This document shows positions 1 to 11,170 of a stretch of DNA of 47,281 bases, piece by piece. Below the pieces are notes generated by a model. The model had not been told where the DNA came from and searched no databases. It saw nothing but the letters and a program-made list of their open reading frames with translations. The stretch is from Candidatus Eiseniibacteriota bacterium. GTDB taxonomy: Bacteria > Eisenbacteria > RBG-16-71-46. A program made the translations under genes and the position numbers. The stretch is taken from the NCBI GenBank assembly GCA_963725865.1, contig CAVSAC010000008.1:1-47281 (forward strand), given 5' to 3'. How positions within the stretch are numbered: position 1 is the first letter of the stretch; each line of letters begins with the position of its first letter.

Positions 1-480
1 TCAAAATATTCGGGATCCTTCCCTTTCCCCATCTTCGATGAGTTGTCCCGGTCATTGTTGAAGATCGTGTCAACTCCCTTTTCAAAAGCCGCGTCATTCG
101 ACAACTGAACAATCACGTCATGGTGGAGAGTTGGAAAACGAGGCGTCGTGCCAGATCAGGACCGCATGGACTCTGGAGACGCGGCCCAGATCAATCTGGA
201 CCCATTGTAGCCCAGGGTCGAGTTCAACCCAGTGTCCCTCCTCGACGTCAAACATCTTGCCATCGGTAATGTATTTCAATCTGCCTATAGCGGGAATCTC
301 CTGTCTGCTGGTGACCGGCTTGTGCAAAGCCAGATTCCGTGTGCCGCGCGGCACCATGAATGGGGCAAGCTTCTCTGTCCAATCCTCCGCGTCCGGCCGC
401 TCCCGCCGCCATTGGTCGAAGTGTTTCCAGTCACCATCGTATCCTCGCTTCGGGAGTGTCCCCTCCAGCGGCACCGCGTC
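1..480 (-). CDS. Discoidin/F5-8 type C domain protein, partial; runs off the left edge, 5' end cut at ~480, frameshift near 135
   Basis: ORF 118..504 contains NLALHKPVTS...ITDG...WVELDPGLQWVQIDLG...AVLIWH; another frame continues HDVIVQLSNDAAFEKGVDTIFNNDRDNSSKMGKGKDPEYF to the edge. Confidence 0.7.
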
Positions 481-580
481 CGATACCCTCGAATTCATCG
501 TCAACTATCGCGGCACAGGCGCGGTCTGGGTTGATCGGATCGAGGTGTGTGCAGCCGGCGCGCCTCTGAGCGAGCCATGA
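481..580 (+). CDS. C-terminal fragment of an unknown protein (DTLEFIVNYRGTGAVWVDRIEV...), 5' part missing
   Basis: Protein-like beta-rich tail of ORF 131..580; its TGA overlaps an ATG at 577 (ATGA coupling). Confidence 0.45.
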
Positions 581-1842
581 GGCCAGGGGAAGCGATATCC
601 GCGTCCTGATGATCACGAATTTCTTTCTGCCCGGCCACCTGGGCGGAGCGGAGTTGGCACTCTATCATACCTCACGGGGTCTGCTCGAAGCCGGGCATGA
701 TGTGAGGGTGTTGAGCATCAATACGCCGCGTCCGCCAGTTCCGATGTGCAGTACGACGTGCAGGGCATCGCCGTCCATGAGATTAACCTGGTACGACCGT
801 GGCGGAATCGCTGGCAACAGACCTACGATCGTCAGGTGGCCGCTTATGTCGACCGGGAGATGGCCGACTTTCGCCCCGATGTGGCCCACACGCACAACCT
901 GTCCGGCGCCAGCCTCGCGCCTTTTGTGGTGGCTGAACACGAACGCCTGCCGCTCGTCGCGACGCTGCATGACCTGTGGCTGCTGTGCGCCAACAACATG
1001 CTGCTGCGCCGGGACTACAGCCTGTGTTCGCCCGGCGCCGCGCCCTGCGGCCGGTGCTTTCGCCAGTATGATTACTGGGCCCCGGTGCCGGACCGGCGCC
1101 AGGTGTTCAAGCGGTTGGCGCGGCATGTGCACACCTTTATCAGCCCCAGCCAGAAGCTGATCGATTTGCATGTCGAAGGCGGCTATGAGCGAGAGCGGTT
1201 TGCCCTGCTGCGCCACGGGTTGTATCCGCTTCAACGTCCTCCGGCCGGGGCGCCGCCTGCCGTCGGCCCACATCACCTGGGTGGGCCAAGCCTGGTGTTC
1301 GTCGGCGCAGTCGCGATCAGCAAGGGCGTGGAGGTGTTGGCGCGCGCCTTCCCGCTCGCGGCCGAGCGACTGCCCGATCTCAAGCTCATTATCGCGGGCC
1401 GCGGCCCCGCTGCGCTGGAGTCGAAGTTGCGCGCGGGCTGGGCGATCAGGTCATCATGCTCGGCCAGGTCCCGCGCACGCACATCGTGGAAGTCTATGCC
1501 GGCGCCGGCTTGACGGTGATGCCGTCGACGATCAACGAAAACTCACCGCTATCCATATGCGAGAGCCTGATGGCGGGCACGCCTGTGCTGGCCACGCGCA
1601 TCGGAGGCATCCCCGAGTTGGTGCTTGAAGGGGAGACGGGCTATCTCTATGACCCGCAGGACCCGGCAGGCCTGGCCGAGGCTGTGGTCCGCCATTTTCA
1701 GCAACCGCCGCGCGAACTGCGGGCCATGCGCACCGCGTGTATGGCATATGGCAAAGCGGAATTCTCTGTTACAATGCATGTGGAGCGTCTCCTCAGCATC
1801 TATCGGGCGGCCATGTCGGGAAGCGAGCGAACTAATCCTTGA
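577..1842 (+). CDS. Glycosyltransferase family 4 protein, split by frameshifts near 595, 740 and 1435
   Basis: RVLMITNFFLPGHLGGAE N-terminus; HDLWLLC...C...CGRC insert; ENSPLSICESLMAGTPVLATRIGGIPELV GT4 signature; pieces in ORFs 609, 746 and 1456. Confidence 0.88.
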
Positions 1843-3557
1843 AACTCTTACACGTGACCCACCAGTACCGACCCGCCATCGGGGGGGCCGAGGAGTACAT
1901 CGCCTCGGTGTCGGAGGCGTTGGCTGACCGCGGTCATCAGGTCTCCGTCTATACGGCGAACTCCACGGACTATGAGAGCTGGACGGGGGACCTGCCGCCG
2001 CGTGAGCTGATCGCCGGGGTGGACGTGCAGCGTTTTCGTGCCATCCCCCGCCGGGAACGGACCTGGCGCGTGCTGCGTTACGGGCTGTGGCGTTACCTGG
2101 CCCAACCTAAACGCCGCTATGAACCTTTCATTCTGGTGGGCAACGGCCCGACCTGCCCCGGCATGTTCGCCGCCATCGCGCTGCACGGACGTCATTACGA
2201 CCTGGTCCATCTGAACAGCCTGCACTATGCGCATTCGGCTTACGGTTATGTCGCCGCACGTCTCGCCGGCTGCCACGTCGTAGTGACGCCTCACGTGCAT
2301 GTAGAGCAGGCGGAGACCTGGAATATCGGTTATCTCAAAACCATTTTGGCCCGCGCCGACCTCATCTTTGCAGACACGGAGTACGAACGACAGTTCCACA
2401 TCGCGCAGGGACACGACCCGGAGTGGGTGGTTTCTGCCGGTGTCGGGCTGCGGCCAGACGAATACCGGTTCCCGGATCAGGCCGCCGCGCGGCGGCGCCT
2501 CGGCATCCCGGACGACGCGCGCGTCGTGCTGTGCCTGGGCCGCCAGGTGGACTATAAGGGGTTCGACAAAGTGCTCGCGGCCGTCGCGGATATGCAGCAG
2601 GATTTCCCGGACACGCTCTGTCTGATTGTCGGGCCGGAGAGCGAGTGGAGCCAGGCGCTGATGGCGCGGTATGCGGGCGCGACCTGGGTGCGCAATCTTG
2701 GCCGCGTCGAACCGGATGTCAAACTCGCAGCCCTCGTCCGCCGCAGATGTGATGGCAATGCCGTCGCACGGCGAAGCGTTCGGCGTGACCTATCTGGAGG
2801 GCTGGCTCGCCGGACGTCCGGTCATTGGGCTGGCTAAGGGCGCGGTGCAAGCCCTGATCGAGGATGGCCGGGATGGGCTGCTGGTTGCGCCCGATGATGA
2901 CGCGGCGCTGGCACGTGCGGTCCGGTACTGCCTGACGGACCGCACAGCTGCCGCCTCGATGGGAGAGGCGGGCCGCCAGAAGACGCTGGCCCACTATACA
3001 CTGACCAAAGTGACGGATCGAATCGAAGCCGCATGCTTGCGCTTGATCGAGTCCAAAAGGAGGCCGCGTCGCGTCAGTCTGTTTAATCTGAACCTGGTCG
3101 CCAGGGACGCGATCGGGCGCTGCATGATAACCCAGGCAGGCGCTTTTTCGTGCGCCGAGGCGACAACGTACATATCTGGGTCGAGCAGCCACCGGAGGAT
3201 GTGCCGTCCGATATCGCGCCCCTCTGCCGGGTCGTGACGCCTGCCGAGCTGCGGCGTGATCCCGGCGGCCGGTTCGCGGCCACCGACCTGTACATCTACC
3301 ACTACGGCGGGCGCCACGGGCTGATGGATTCTATTTCGACCATTGACGGCGGCATCGTCTGTTTCTACTACCACAATGTGACGCCGCCGGAACTCTGGAA
3401 CTGGGAAGAGGACAAGGCCATTCTGCGGCGCGGCATTGCCGGTGTGAAGCTGGCTGCGCAGGCGGACTTCGTCATCAGCGATAGCAGTTATAACCTCCAA
3501 CAACTGGCGGAGATCAGCGGGCTGCCGGTGGAGCGCGACACCGGGAAGGGGGCATGA
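1839..3557 (+). CDS. Tandem GT4-GT4 glycosyltransferase; frameshifts near 2735 and 3145; second domain truncated at ~3535
   Basis: MKLLHVTHQYRPAIGGAE; GRQVDYKG; EAFGVTYLEGWLAGRPVIG; second domain RDAIG...YYHNVTPPE...SDSSYN ends without its C-terminal Rossmann half. Confidence 0.85.
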
Positions 3558-4747
3558 CCATGAGGCTGCCGAAGATCACGTTCTGGCGGGTGGTGGCCGC
3601 GGTCCTGCTCGCGGCCGGCGCGGTCGGCATCGTGCTGCGCTACTGGAAGGGCCTGGGAGCGGTCACGAATCTGAGTGACGAGTTCCCCTGGGGCCTGTGG
3701 ATCGGCTTCGACGTCCTGTGCGGCGTCGCGCTCGCGGCGGGTGGCTTCACGCTCGCGGCCATCACGCACATCTTCCACATCCGGCGCTTCGAGCCCATCG
3801 TGCGGCCGGCGATCCTTACCGCGTTCCTCGGCTACCTGCTGGTGGTCGGCGCGCTGATGGTGGATCTCGGGCGGCCGTGGAACATCTGGCACGCGCTGAT
3901 CATGTGGAACCCGCGCTCGGTCATGTTCGAGATCGCGTGGTGCGTGATGCTCTACACCACGGTGCTGGCGCTGGAGTTCGCGCCGATGGTGCTGGAGCGG
4001 TTCCACTGGGTCCGGGCGCTCCGGTTCATGCGCAACGTCATGATCCCGCTCATCATCCTGGGCGTGCTGTTGTCCACGCTGCACCAGTCGTCACTGGGCT
4101 CGATGTACCTGATCGTGCCCGAGAAGGTCTACCCGCTGTGGTACTCGCCCTACCTGCCGGTGTTCTTCTTCGTGTCGGCGATCGCGGTCGGCCTGGCGAT
4201 GACGATCTTCGAGTCGTTCCTCTCGTCGCGCGCCTTCAAGCGCGGGCTCGAGATGGAGCTGCTCTCCGAGCTCGGCCGCATCTGCCTGGTCGTGCTCGCC
4301 GTGCTCGCCACCATGCGGATGCTCGACGTGGCCTACCGCGGGCTGTTGGGCCTGCTCGTCGTGCCGCGCAGCGAGACCTGGTTCTGGTGGGCGGAGATGT
4401 CGATCGGCCTGTTCGCCCCGATGCTGCTGCTCGCGCAGCGCCGCATCCGCGAGAATCGCACCGGCCTGTTCACGAGCGCGATCCTGGTCATCCTGGGTGT
4501 CGTGCTCAACCGCATGAACGTCAGCATCACCGGTCTCGAGGCGTATGCCGGCAAGCCGTACTTCCCCTCCTGGGTCGAGATCTCGGTGACGCTGAGCATC
4601 GTCGCGTTCGGCTTCGTCGCCTTCGCGCTCGCGGCCCGGCACCTGCCGGTGTTCACGCATCACGGGGAATCCCCGGAGGACGCCGCCGGCGATGCCGCGC
4701 GGCGCCGTTGGGCCCGGGAGCTCCAGCTCGCCTCGCAGGGCAGCTGA
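3554..4747 (+). CDS. hybB: NrfD/PsrC-family membrane subunit (HybB/HmcC-like)
   Basis: GLGAVTNLSDEFPWGLWIGFDVLCGVALAAGGF; DLGRPWNIWH; SVMFEIAWCVMLY; LSTLHQSSLG; about 10 hydrophobic helices. Confidence 0.88.
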   Translation: MTMRLPKITFWRVVAAVLLAAGAVGIVLRYWKGLGAVTNLSDEFPWGLWIGFDVLCGVALAAGGFTLAAITHIFHIRRFEPIVRPAILTAFLGYLLVVGALMVDLGRPWNIWHALIMWNPRSVMFEIAWCVMLYTTVLALEFAPMVLERFHWVRALRFMRNVMIPLIILGVLLSTLHQSSLGSMYLIVPEKVYPLWYSPYLPVFFFVSAIAVGLAMTIFESFLSSRAFKRGLEMELLSELGRICLVVLAVLATMRMLDVAYRGLLGLLVVPRSETWFWWAEMSIGLFAPMLLLAQRRIRENRTGLFTSAILVILGVVLNRMNVSITGLEAYAGKPYFPSWVEISVTLSIVAFGFVAFALAARHLPVFTHHGESPEDAAGDAARRRWARELQLASQGS

Positions 4748-4764
4748 GGCGGAGGGAGGCAGCC

Positions 4765-5526
4765 ATGCGGGACACGCGGTCGGGGAAGGCCTGCAGGCTC
4801 GTGCCGAAGGGTGACTTCAAGTGCGTGTGGATGACCGCCGGGATCCTGTCGTACCAGCTGTGCGAGCGGCGCTTCGACTGCGAGCACTGTCCGCTCGATG
4901 CCGCGATGCGGACGCACTTCGCGCGCGGCGAGGCGCCGGGGGCGAGCGCCTCGCCCGCGCCGGAACCGAGTGGGCTGGCGGCGGACCGGCGCTACAGCCG
5001 GGGTCACTGCTGGGTCAAGCGCGGGCGGGCCGCGGGGACGGCCGCGGCCCTCCACCGCGTCGGCATCGAGCCCGGGCTGGCGGCGGCGCTGCTCATGCCG
5101 CGTGCGGTCGTGCCGCCCGCGGTGGACGAGACGGTGCGGCGCGCCCAGGCGCACCTGTGGATCGTGAGCGAAGGCGGCACGTTCGCGCTGCCGGCGCCGC
5201 TCGAGGGCACGGTGCGCGCCGTGAACCCACGGCTTGCCGAGCGGCCATCGTCGGTGTCGACCTCGCCGCTCGAGGACGGCTGGCTCTACGACCTCGAGGT
5301 GCCCGACGACTCCGCGCAGCTGAAGACGCTGCTGGACGCGACATCGGCGGAGCGCGAGTACGGTGAGGATCTCCGTCGCTTCCAGTCCGGGCTCGCCCGG
5401 GCGCTGCGCGACACCAGCGCCGACGTCGGTGCGGCGCTGGCCGACGGGGGCGCGCCCCTGGACAACGTGGCGCAGATGCTCGGCGTCACGCGCTACTTCG
5501 ACCTGCTCTGCCGGGTGTACGGCTGA
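4765..5526 (+). CDS. Glycine cleavage H-like protein with Cys-rich N-terminal domain; lipoyl lysine apparently absent
   Basis: GGAGG RBS then ATG 4765; CVWMTAG...CERRFDCEHCP; YSRGHCWV, APLEGTVRAVNP and SPLEDGWLY match the GcvH fold. Confidence 0.8.
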   Translation: MRDTRSGKACRLVPKGDFKCVWMTAGILSYQLCERRFDCEHCPLDAAMRTHFARGEAPGASASPAPEPSGLAADRRYSRGHCWVKRGRAAGTAAALHRVGIEPGLAAALLMPRAVVPPAVDETVRRAQAHLWIVSEGGTFALPAPLEGTVRAVNPRLAERPSSVSTSPLEDGWLYDLEVPDDSAQLKTLLDATSAEREYGEDLRRFQSGLARALRDTSADVGAALADGGAPLDNVAQMLGVTRYFDLLCRVYG

Positions 5527-5740
5527 CCGGGGCGGCCGGCGCGAGGCGAACCCGCCCCGCGTCCGGCCCACCGCACGCCTCGGCCCGGCGCGGCCGGGGC
5601 ATCGCGTCAGGTGCCGGAACGCAGCCGGGGGGGCAGACGGCCCCGTCCTCGGTCCCGAGGATGGGGCCCTCCGTTTGCGCCTGGCGCACGGTGGTGAGAA
5701 AGTCGGCAGTGACCTCCCAAGGGCATTGTGGGGAAACACC

Positions 5741-7375
5741 ATGCGCTTGCTGCGCACCGTCAGCTTCCGCGTCCTCGCGGGCACCCTGTTCCTGCTCCTG
5801 CTCGCGTTCGGACTGTTCGCGACTTTCGCGATCCACTTCTACACCGTCGAGCTGACCTCCCAGGCCATCGCCAGCGCCAGCCGGATCGGCGACTTCATCG
5901 CCGCCAGCACGCAGTACAGCATGCTGCTGAACCGCAAGCAGGACGTCTACCAGATGGCCCGCACGGTCGGCACCCAGCCGGGCATCGAGAGCATCCGCAT
6001 CTACAACAAGCGCGGCCAGATCACCTTCTCGACCGATTCCACCGAGCAGGGACGGATGGTCGACCTGCACGCCGAGGCGTGCGTGGCCTGCCATGACAGC
6101 GAGAAACCGCTCGAGGCGCTGCCGACCGCCAACCGCGCGCGCGTCTACCGCGACCGCGATGGCCACCGCGTGGTCGGGGTGATCCACCCGGTCCGCAACC
6201 AGCCCGCCTGCTCCGCCGGCGGCTGCCATCTGGCGCCCGCCGAGCGCACCGTGCTGGGCGTGTTCGACGTGCAGATGTCGCTGGCCACCGTGGACGCCGC
6301 GATCGGCCTGGCGCAGCGACGCACCGCCACCTGGGCGGTGGTGGGCTTCCTCGCGGTGGCGGTGGCCTCGGCGTTCTTCCTGCGCTTCACCGTGCGGCGG
6401 CCCATCCGCGCGCTCAGCGCCGGCACCGAGGCGCTGGCGCGCGGCGATCTCGACCACGAGATCCCGGTGACCAGCGACGACGACTTCGGCGCGCTCGCCA
6501 CCTCGTTCAACGCCATGACGCGCTCGCTGCGCGAAGCGCAGGAGGAGAACCAGCGCTGGTCGCAGACGCTCGAGGACCGCGTGCGTGAGAAGACCGAGGA
6601 GCTGCAGCGCATGGATCGGCAGATCCTCCAGGTCGAGAAGATGGCCTCGCTGGGCACCCTGGCGGCCTCGGTGGCGCACGAACTCAACAACCCGCTCTCG
6701 GGCATCCTCACCTACGCCAAGCTCCAGGCCAAGCGCCTGCGCCGCGACGTCCCCGACGCTCCCTTCACCCGCACCCTGCTCGCCGATCTCGACATGATCG
6801 TCCGCGAGACCGAGCGCTGCGGGAACATCGTGCGCAACCTGTTGCTGTTCTCGCGCAAGCAGGAGGGGGAGTTCCACCGCGCCAGCGTGCGCGACGCCAT
6901 CGACCGCGCGGTCATGCTGGTGGCCCACCACCTGCAGATGGCCCGCGTCTCGGTGGAGACCGGGTGCGAGCCCGAGGACGTGAGCGTGCTCGGCGACGAA
7001 GGCCAGCTGCAGCAGGCCCTGGTGGCGCTGCTGGTCAATGCGGCCGACGCCATGCCCGATGGCGGCACCGTGCGCATCGTCGCGCGCCGCGAGCCCCCGG
7101 GCACGGTGCGCCTCGAGGTCGCCGACACCGGCGTGGGCATCGCGAGCGGCGACCTGCCTCACGTGTTCGAGCCGTTCTTCACCACCAAGCCCCACGGGCA
7201 GGGGGTGGGGCTGGGCCTGTCGGTGGTCTACGGCATCGCCCAGCGCCACAGCGCCACCATCGACGTGGCGTCCGAGCCCGGACGGGGCACGACCTTCACA
7301 CTCATCTTCCCGCCACCCGACCGCGCCGAAGCCCGCCGCGCCGGCACGGGGAGTGATCGCCATGCCGGGAGCTGA
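5741..7375 (+). CDS. HAMP-domain sensor histidine kinase with periplasmic heme-c motifs
   Basis: Two TM helices; CVACH and CSAGGCH between them; HAMP; EKMASLGTLAASVAHELNNPL H-box; N, G1, F and G2 boxes. Confidence 0.93.
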   Translation: MRLLRTVSFRVLAGTLFLLLLAFGLFATFAIHFYTVELTSQAIASASRIGDFIAASTQYSMLLNRKQDVYQMARTVGTQPGIESIRIYNKRGQITFSTDSTEQGRMVDLHAEACVACHDSEKPLEALPTANRARVYRDRDGHRVVGVIHPVRNQPACSAGGCHLAPAERTVLGVFDVQMSLATVDAAIGLAQRRTATWAVVGFLAVAVASAFFLRFTVRRPIRALSAGTEALARGDLDHEIPVTSDDDFGALATSFNAMTRSLREAQEENQRWSQTLEDRVREKTEELQRMDRQILQVEKMASLGTLAASVAHELNNPLSGILTYAKLQAKRLRRDVPDAPFTRTLLADLDMIVRETERCGNIVRNLLLFSRKQEGEFHRASVRDAIDRAVMLVAHHLQMARVSVETGCEPEDVSVLGDEGQLQQALVALLVNAADAMPDGGTVRIVARREPPGTVRLEVADTGVGIASGDLPHVFEPFFTTKPHGQGVGLGLSVVYGIAQRHSATIDVASEPGRGTTFTLIFPPPDRAEARRAGTGSDRHAGS

Positions 7376-7382
7376 GGCCCAT

Positions 7383-8725
<1,343 letters not shown>

Positions 8726-8726
<1 letters not shown>

Positions 8727-9268
8727 TGCCCGCAGGCGTCTGCATCCTGGACGCCTCGCGCCAGCGGGTGGGCGAGCGCGACGCCCTGGTCGCGCGCGTG
8801 ACCGCCGAGTTCGGCGTGCCCGCGCGGCGGGTGGCCCGCGCGCTCGACCTCGATCGCGTCTTCGACGCCGCGCGCCGCCAGCACAACGCCACCGCGCTGC
8901 TCCAGCAGGTCATCGCCTTCGCCGGCGGCACCTCCGAGAAGGTGATCGCGGTGGTGGACGTGGACCTGTTCATCCCGGTGCTCACGTTCGTGTTCGGGCA
9001 GGCCCAGCTCGACGGTGTCGCGGGCGTGATCTCGACCCACCGGCTCGCCAACGAGTTCTACGGCATCCCGCACGACGCGGCGCTGTTCCACGAGCGCATC
9101 GAGAAGGAGATCGTGCACGAGCTCGGGCACGAGTTCGGCCTCTACCACTGCCGCCAGTTCGAGTGCGTGATGCGCTCGTCCACCTACGTCGAGGAGATCG
9201 ACCTCAAGCGGGTGAGCCTGTGCCCGGACTGCGCCGCGCGGGTGCGCGCGCGGCACCTCACCGGCTGA
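8726..9268 (+). CDS. Archaemetzincin-family Zn metalloprotease (M54)
   Basis: DLFIPVLTFVFGQA; HELGHEFGLYHC...CVM...SLCPDC; GTG start overlaps the TAG of the regulator. Confidence 0.9.
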
Positions 9269-9959
9269 GTCCGGGCCCGCCCGGCGCCACCACCCGGCCG
9301 TCCACCAGGCGGATGATGCGGTCGCAGGCGGTGGCCACCTCGGCGTCGTGGGTGCTGATCAGGAAGGTCATGCCCTCGGCCCGGCACAGCTCGCGCATCA
9401 GCCCCATCACGCTCGCCGACGACTCGCGGTCGAGGTTCCCGGTGGGCTCGTCGGCGAGCACCACGTCGGGCCGGTTCATGAGCGCCCGCGCCACCGCGAC
9501 ACGCTGCTTCTGCCCGCCCGAGAGCGCCGCCGGGCGGTAGTGCAGCCGGTCCTGGAGCCCGACGCGCTCGAGCTCCTCGAGCGCGCGCTCCATCACCCCG
9601 GGGCGCGACGCGCCACCCTGGGGCAGCGACGGGAACAGCACGTTCTCCAGCGCCGAGAAGTCCGGGAGCAGGTGGTGCATCTGGAACACGAACCCGAGGT
9701 GGCGGTTGCGGAAGCGGGTGAGCTCGCTCTCGCTCAGCCCGGTGGTGTCGCGTCCCGCGATCTCGACCGCGCCCGCGGTGGGCCGCAGCAGCGTGCCGAG
9801 GATGGCGAGCAGGGTGCTCTTGCCGCTGCCGCTGGGGCCCATGAGGGCGACGAACTCGCCGCGCTCGAGCGCCAGATCGATCCCCTTGAGCACCGGCGTC
9901 TCGAACTCGCCGTCGGTGAAGGTCTTGACCACCGCGCGCGCGCGCAGCACGGCGGTCAT
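9258..9959 (-). CDS. ABC transporter ATP-binding protein (LolD/MacB type)
   Basis: GPSGSGKST, LSGGQKQRVAVARAL, LADEPTGNLD, STHD. Confidence 0.93.
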   Translation of the reverse strand: MTAVLRARAVVKTFTDGEFETPVLKGIDLALERGEFVALMGPSGSGKSTLLAILGTLLRPTAGAVEIAGRDTTGLSESELTRFRNRHLGFVFQMHHLLPDFSALENVLFPSLPQGGASRPGVMERALEELERVGLQDRLHYRPAALSGGQKQRVAVARALMNRPDVVLADEPTGNLDRESSASVMGLMRELCRAEGMTFLISTHDAEVATACDRIIRLVDGRVVAPGGPGLSR

Positions 9960-11170
9960 GGCTGGATCACCGTGACCGGGTCGACGCGCGAGGCCGAGAC
10001 CGCGGGGAAGACGGCGGCGAAGGTGCTCGCCAGCGTCGCGGTCAGCACCGCCACGGCGTACTCGCCATGCGCGGGGTCCACCGCGATGGCGGCGGTGCCA
10101 TCGGGGCGCTTGAGCACCGCCTGGAGCAGGAGCAGGAACACCCAGCCCAGCCCCGAGCCGATGCTCGAGCCGATCAATCCGATCAGGAAGCCCTGCCACA
10201 GGAAGATGTGCACGATCGCCGCGCGGCCCAGGCCCATGCTGCGCATGATCCCGATCTCGGAGCGACGGCGCAGCGCCGCGAGCAGCAGCTGGCTCGCCAC
10301 CGCGATGATGATGAGCAGGACCGTGAAGAACTTCACCAGGTCGCCGACGTTGGCCTGGGCACGCAGCGCGTCCTTGAGGCGCTTGTTCTCCGACACCCAG
10401 TCGGTGGCCTTGAGCCCGGTCGCGCCCGCCAGCTGCCGCGCCATCCGCGGCGCGTCGAACACCTGACTCACCTTGACGTCGATGCGGGTGACGCTGCCGG
10501 GCAGGTCGAGCAGGTTCTGAGCGGTGCCGAGCTCGACGACGCACAGCCGCTCGTTCAGGTTCGCGTTCTCGACGTCGAAGATGCCGCGCACCGAGAGCAG
10601 GCGGTCGCGACCGCGCTCGCTCGAGATCCGCACGCGCTGGCCCGTGGTCACGCCCAGCTCGTCGGCGAGCTTGACGCCGAGCAGCACCTCGCCGGGGCCG
10701 AGGTCGTCGGAGCCCCGCACCAGCCGCGGCCCGATCTCGACGATGTCGCTGACCTGGTCCACGCCCACGCCGTAGAGCAGGATGGGCTTGATCTTCTCGC
10801 CCCGCTGCACGAACCCGCCGGCCTGCACCGCGGGGGAGACCGCGGTCACACCGGGGATCCGCTCCACGGTGCGCGCGGCGTCGCGCCAGCCGTCGATCGC
10901 CACCCGGTGGCTGTTGGTGCGCAGCACCGCCAGCAGCACGCGCGCGTCGCCGGGGGACTGGATGAGCTTGGGGTCGCGCTCGGGAGGCTCGAGCACGACG
11001 TGGGCGATGTTGCCGATGACGTCGTTGGTGAGTCGCTGGGCGAGGCCGTTGATGAGCGCTGCCATGAACGTGTAGACCAGGATACCCACCGTGACCACCG
11101 ACACGATGAGCACGGTCTGCACCCGGCCGCTGCGGATGTAGCGCAGCGCGATCCTCAGCTCATAGCCCAT
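9956..11170 (-). CDS. ABC transporter permease (FtsX/LolE/MacB family)
   Basis: N-terminal TM, large periplasmic domain, RRSEIGIMRSMG, three C-terminal TMs, ASRVDPV ending. Confidence 0.92.
   Translation of the reverse strand: MGYELRIALRYIRSGRVQTVLIVSVVTVGILVYTFMAALINGLAQRLTNDVIGNIAHVVLEPPERDPKLIQSPGDARVLLAVLRTNSHRVAIDGWRDAARTVERIPGVTAVSPAVQAGGFVQRGEKIKPILLYGVGVDQVSDIVEIGPRLVRGSDDLGPGEVLLGVKLADELGVTTGQRVRISSERGRDRLLSVRGIFDVENANLNERLCVVELGTAQNLLDLPGSVTRIDVKVSQVFDAPRMARQLAGATGLKATDWVSENKRLKDALRAQANVGDLVKFFTVLLIIIAVASQLLLAALRRRSEIGIMRSMGLGRAAIVHIFLWQGFLIGLIGSSIGSGLGWVFLLLLQAVLKRPDGTAAIAVDPAHGEYAVAVLTATLASTFAAVFPAVSASRVDPVTVIQP

Noticed and set aside
4765..5526. Genuine glycine cleavage system
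   Set aside because: No lipoyl Lys and no gcvP or gcvT nearby
5527..5740. Sigma54 (-24/-12) promoter before the kinase
   Set aside because: No convincing TGGCAC-N5-TTGC match seen
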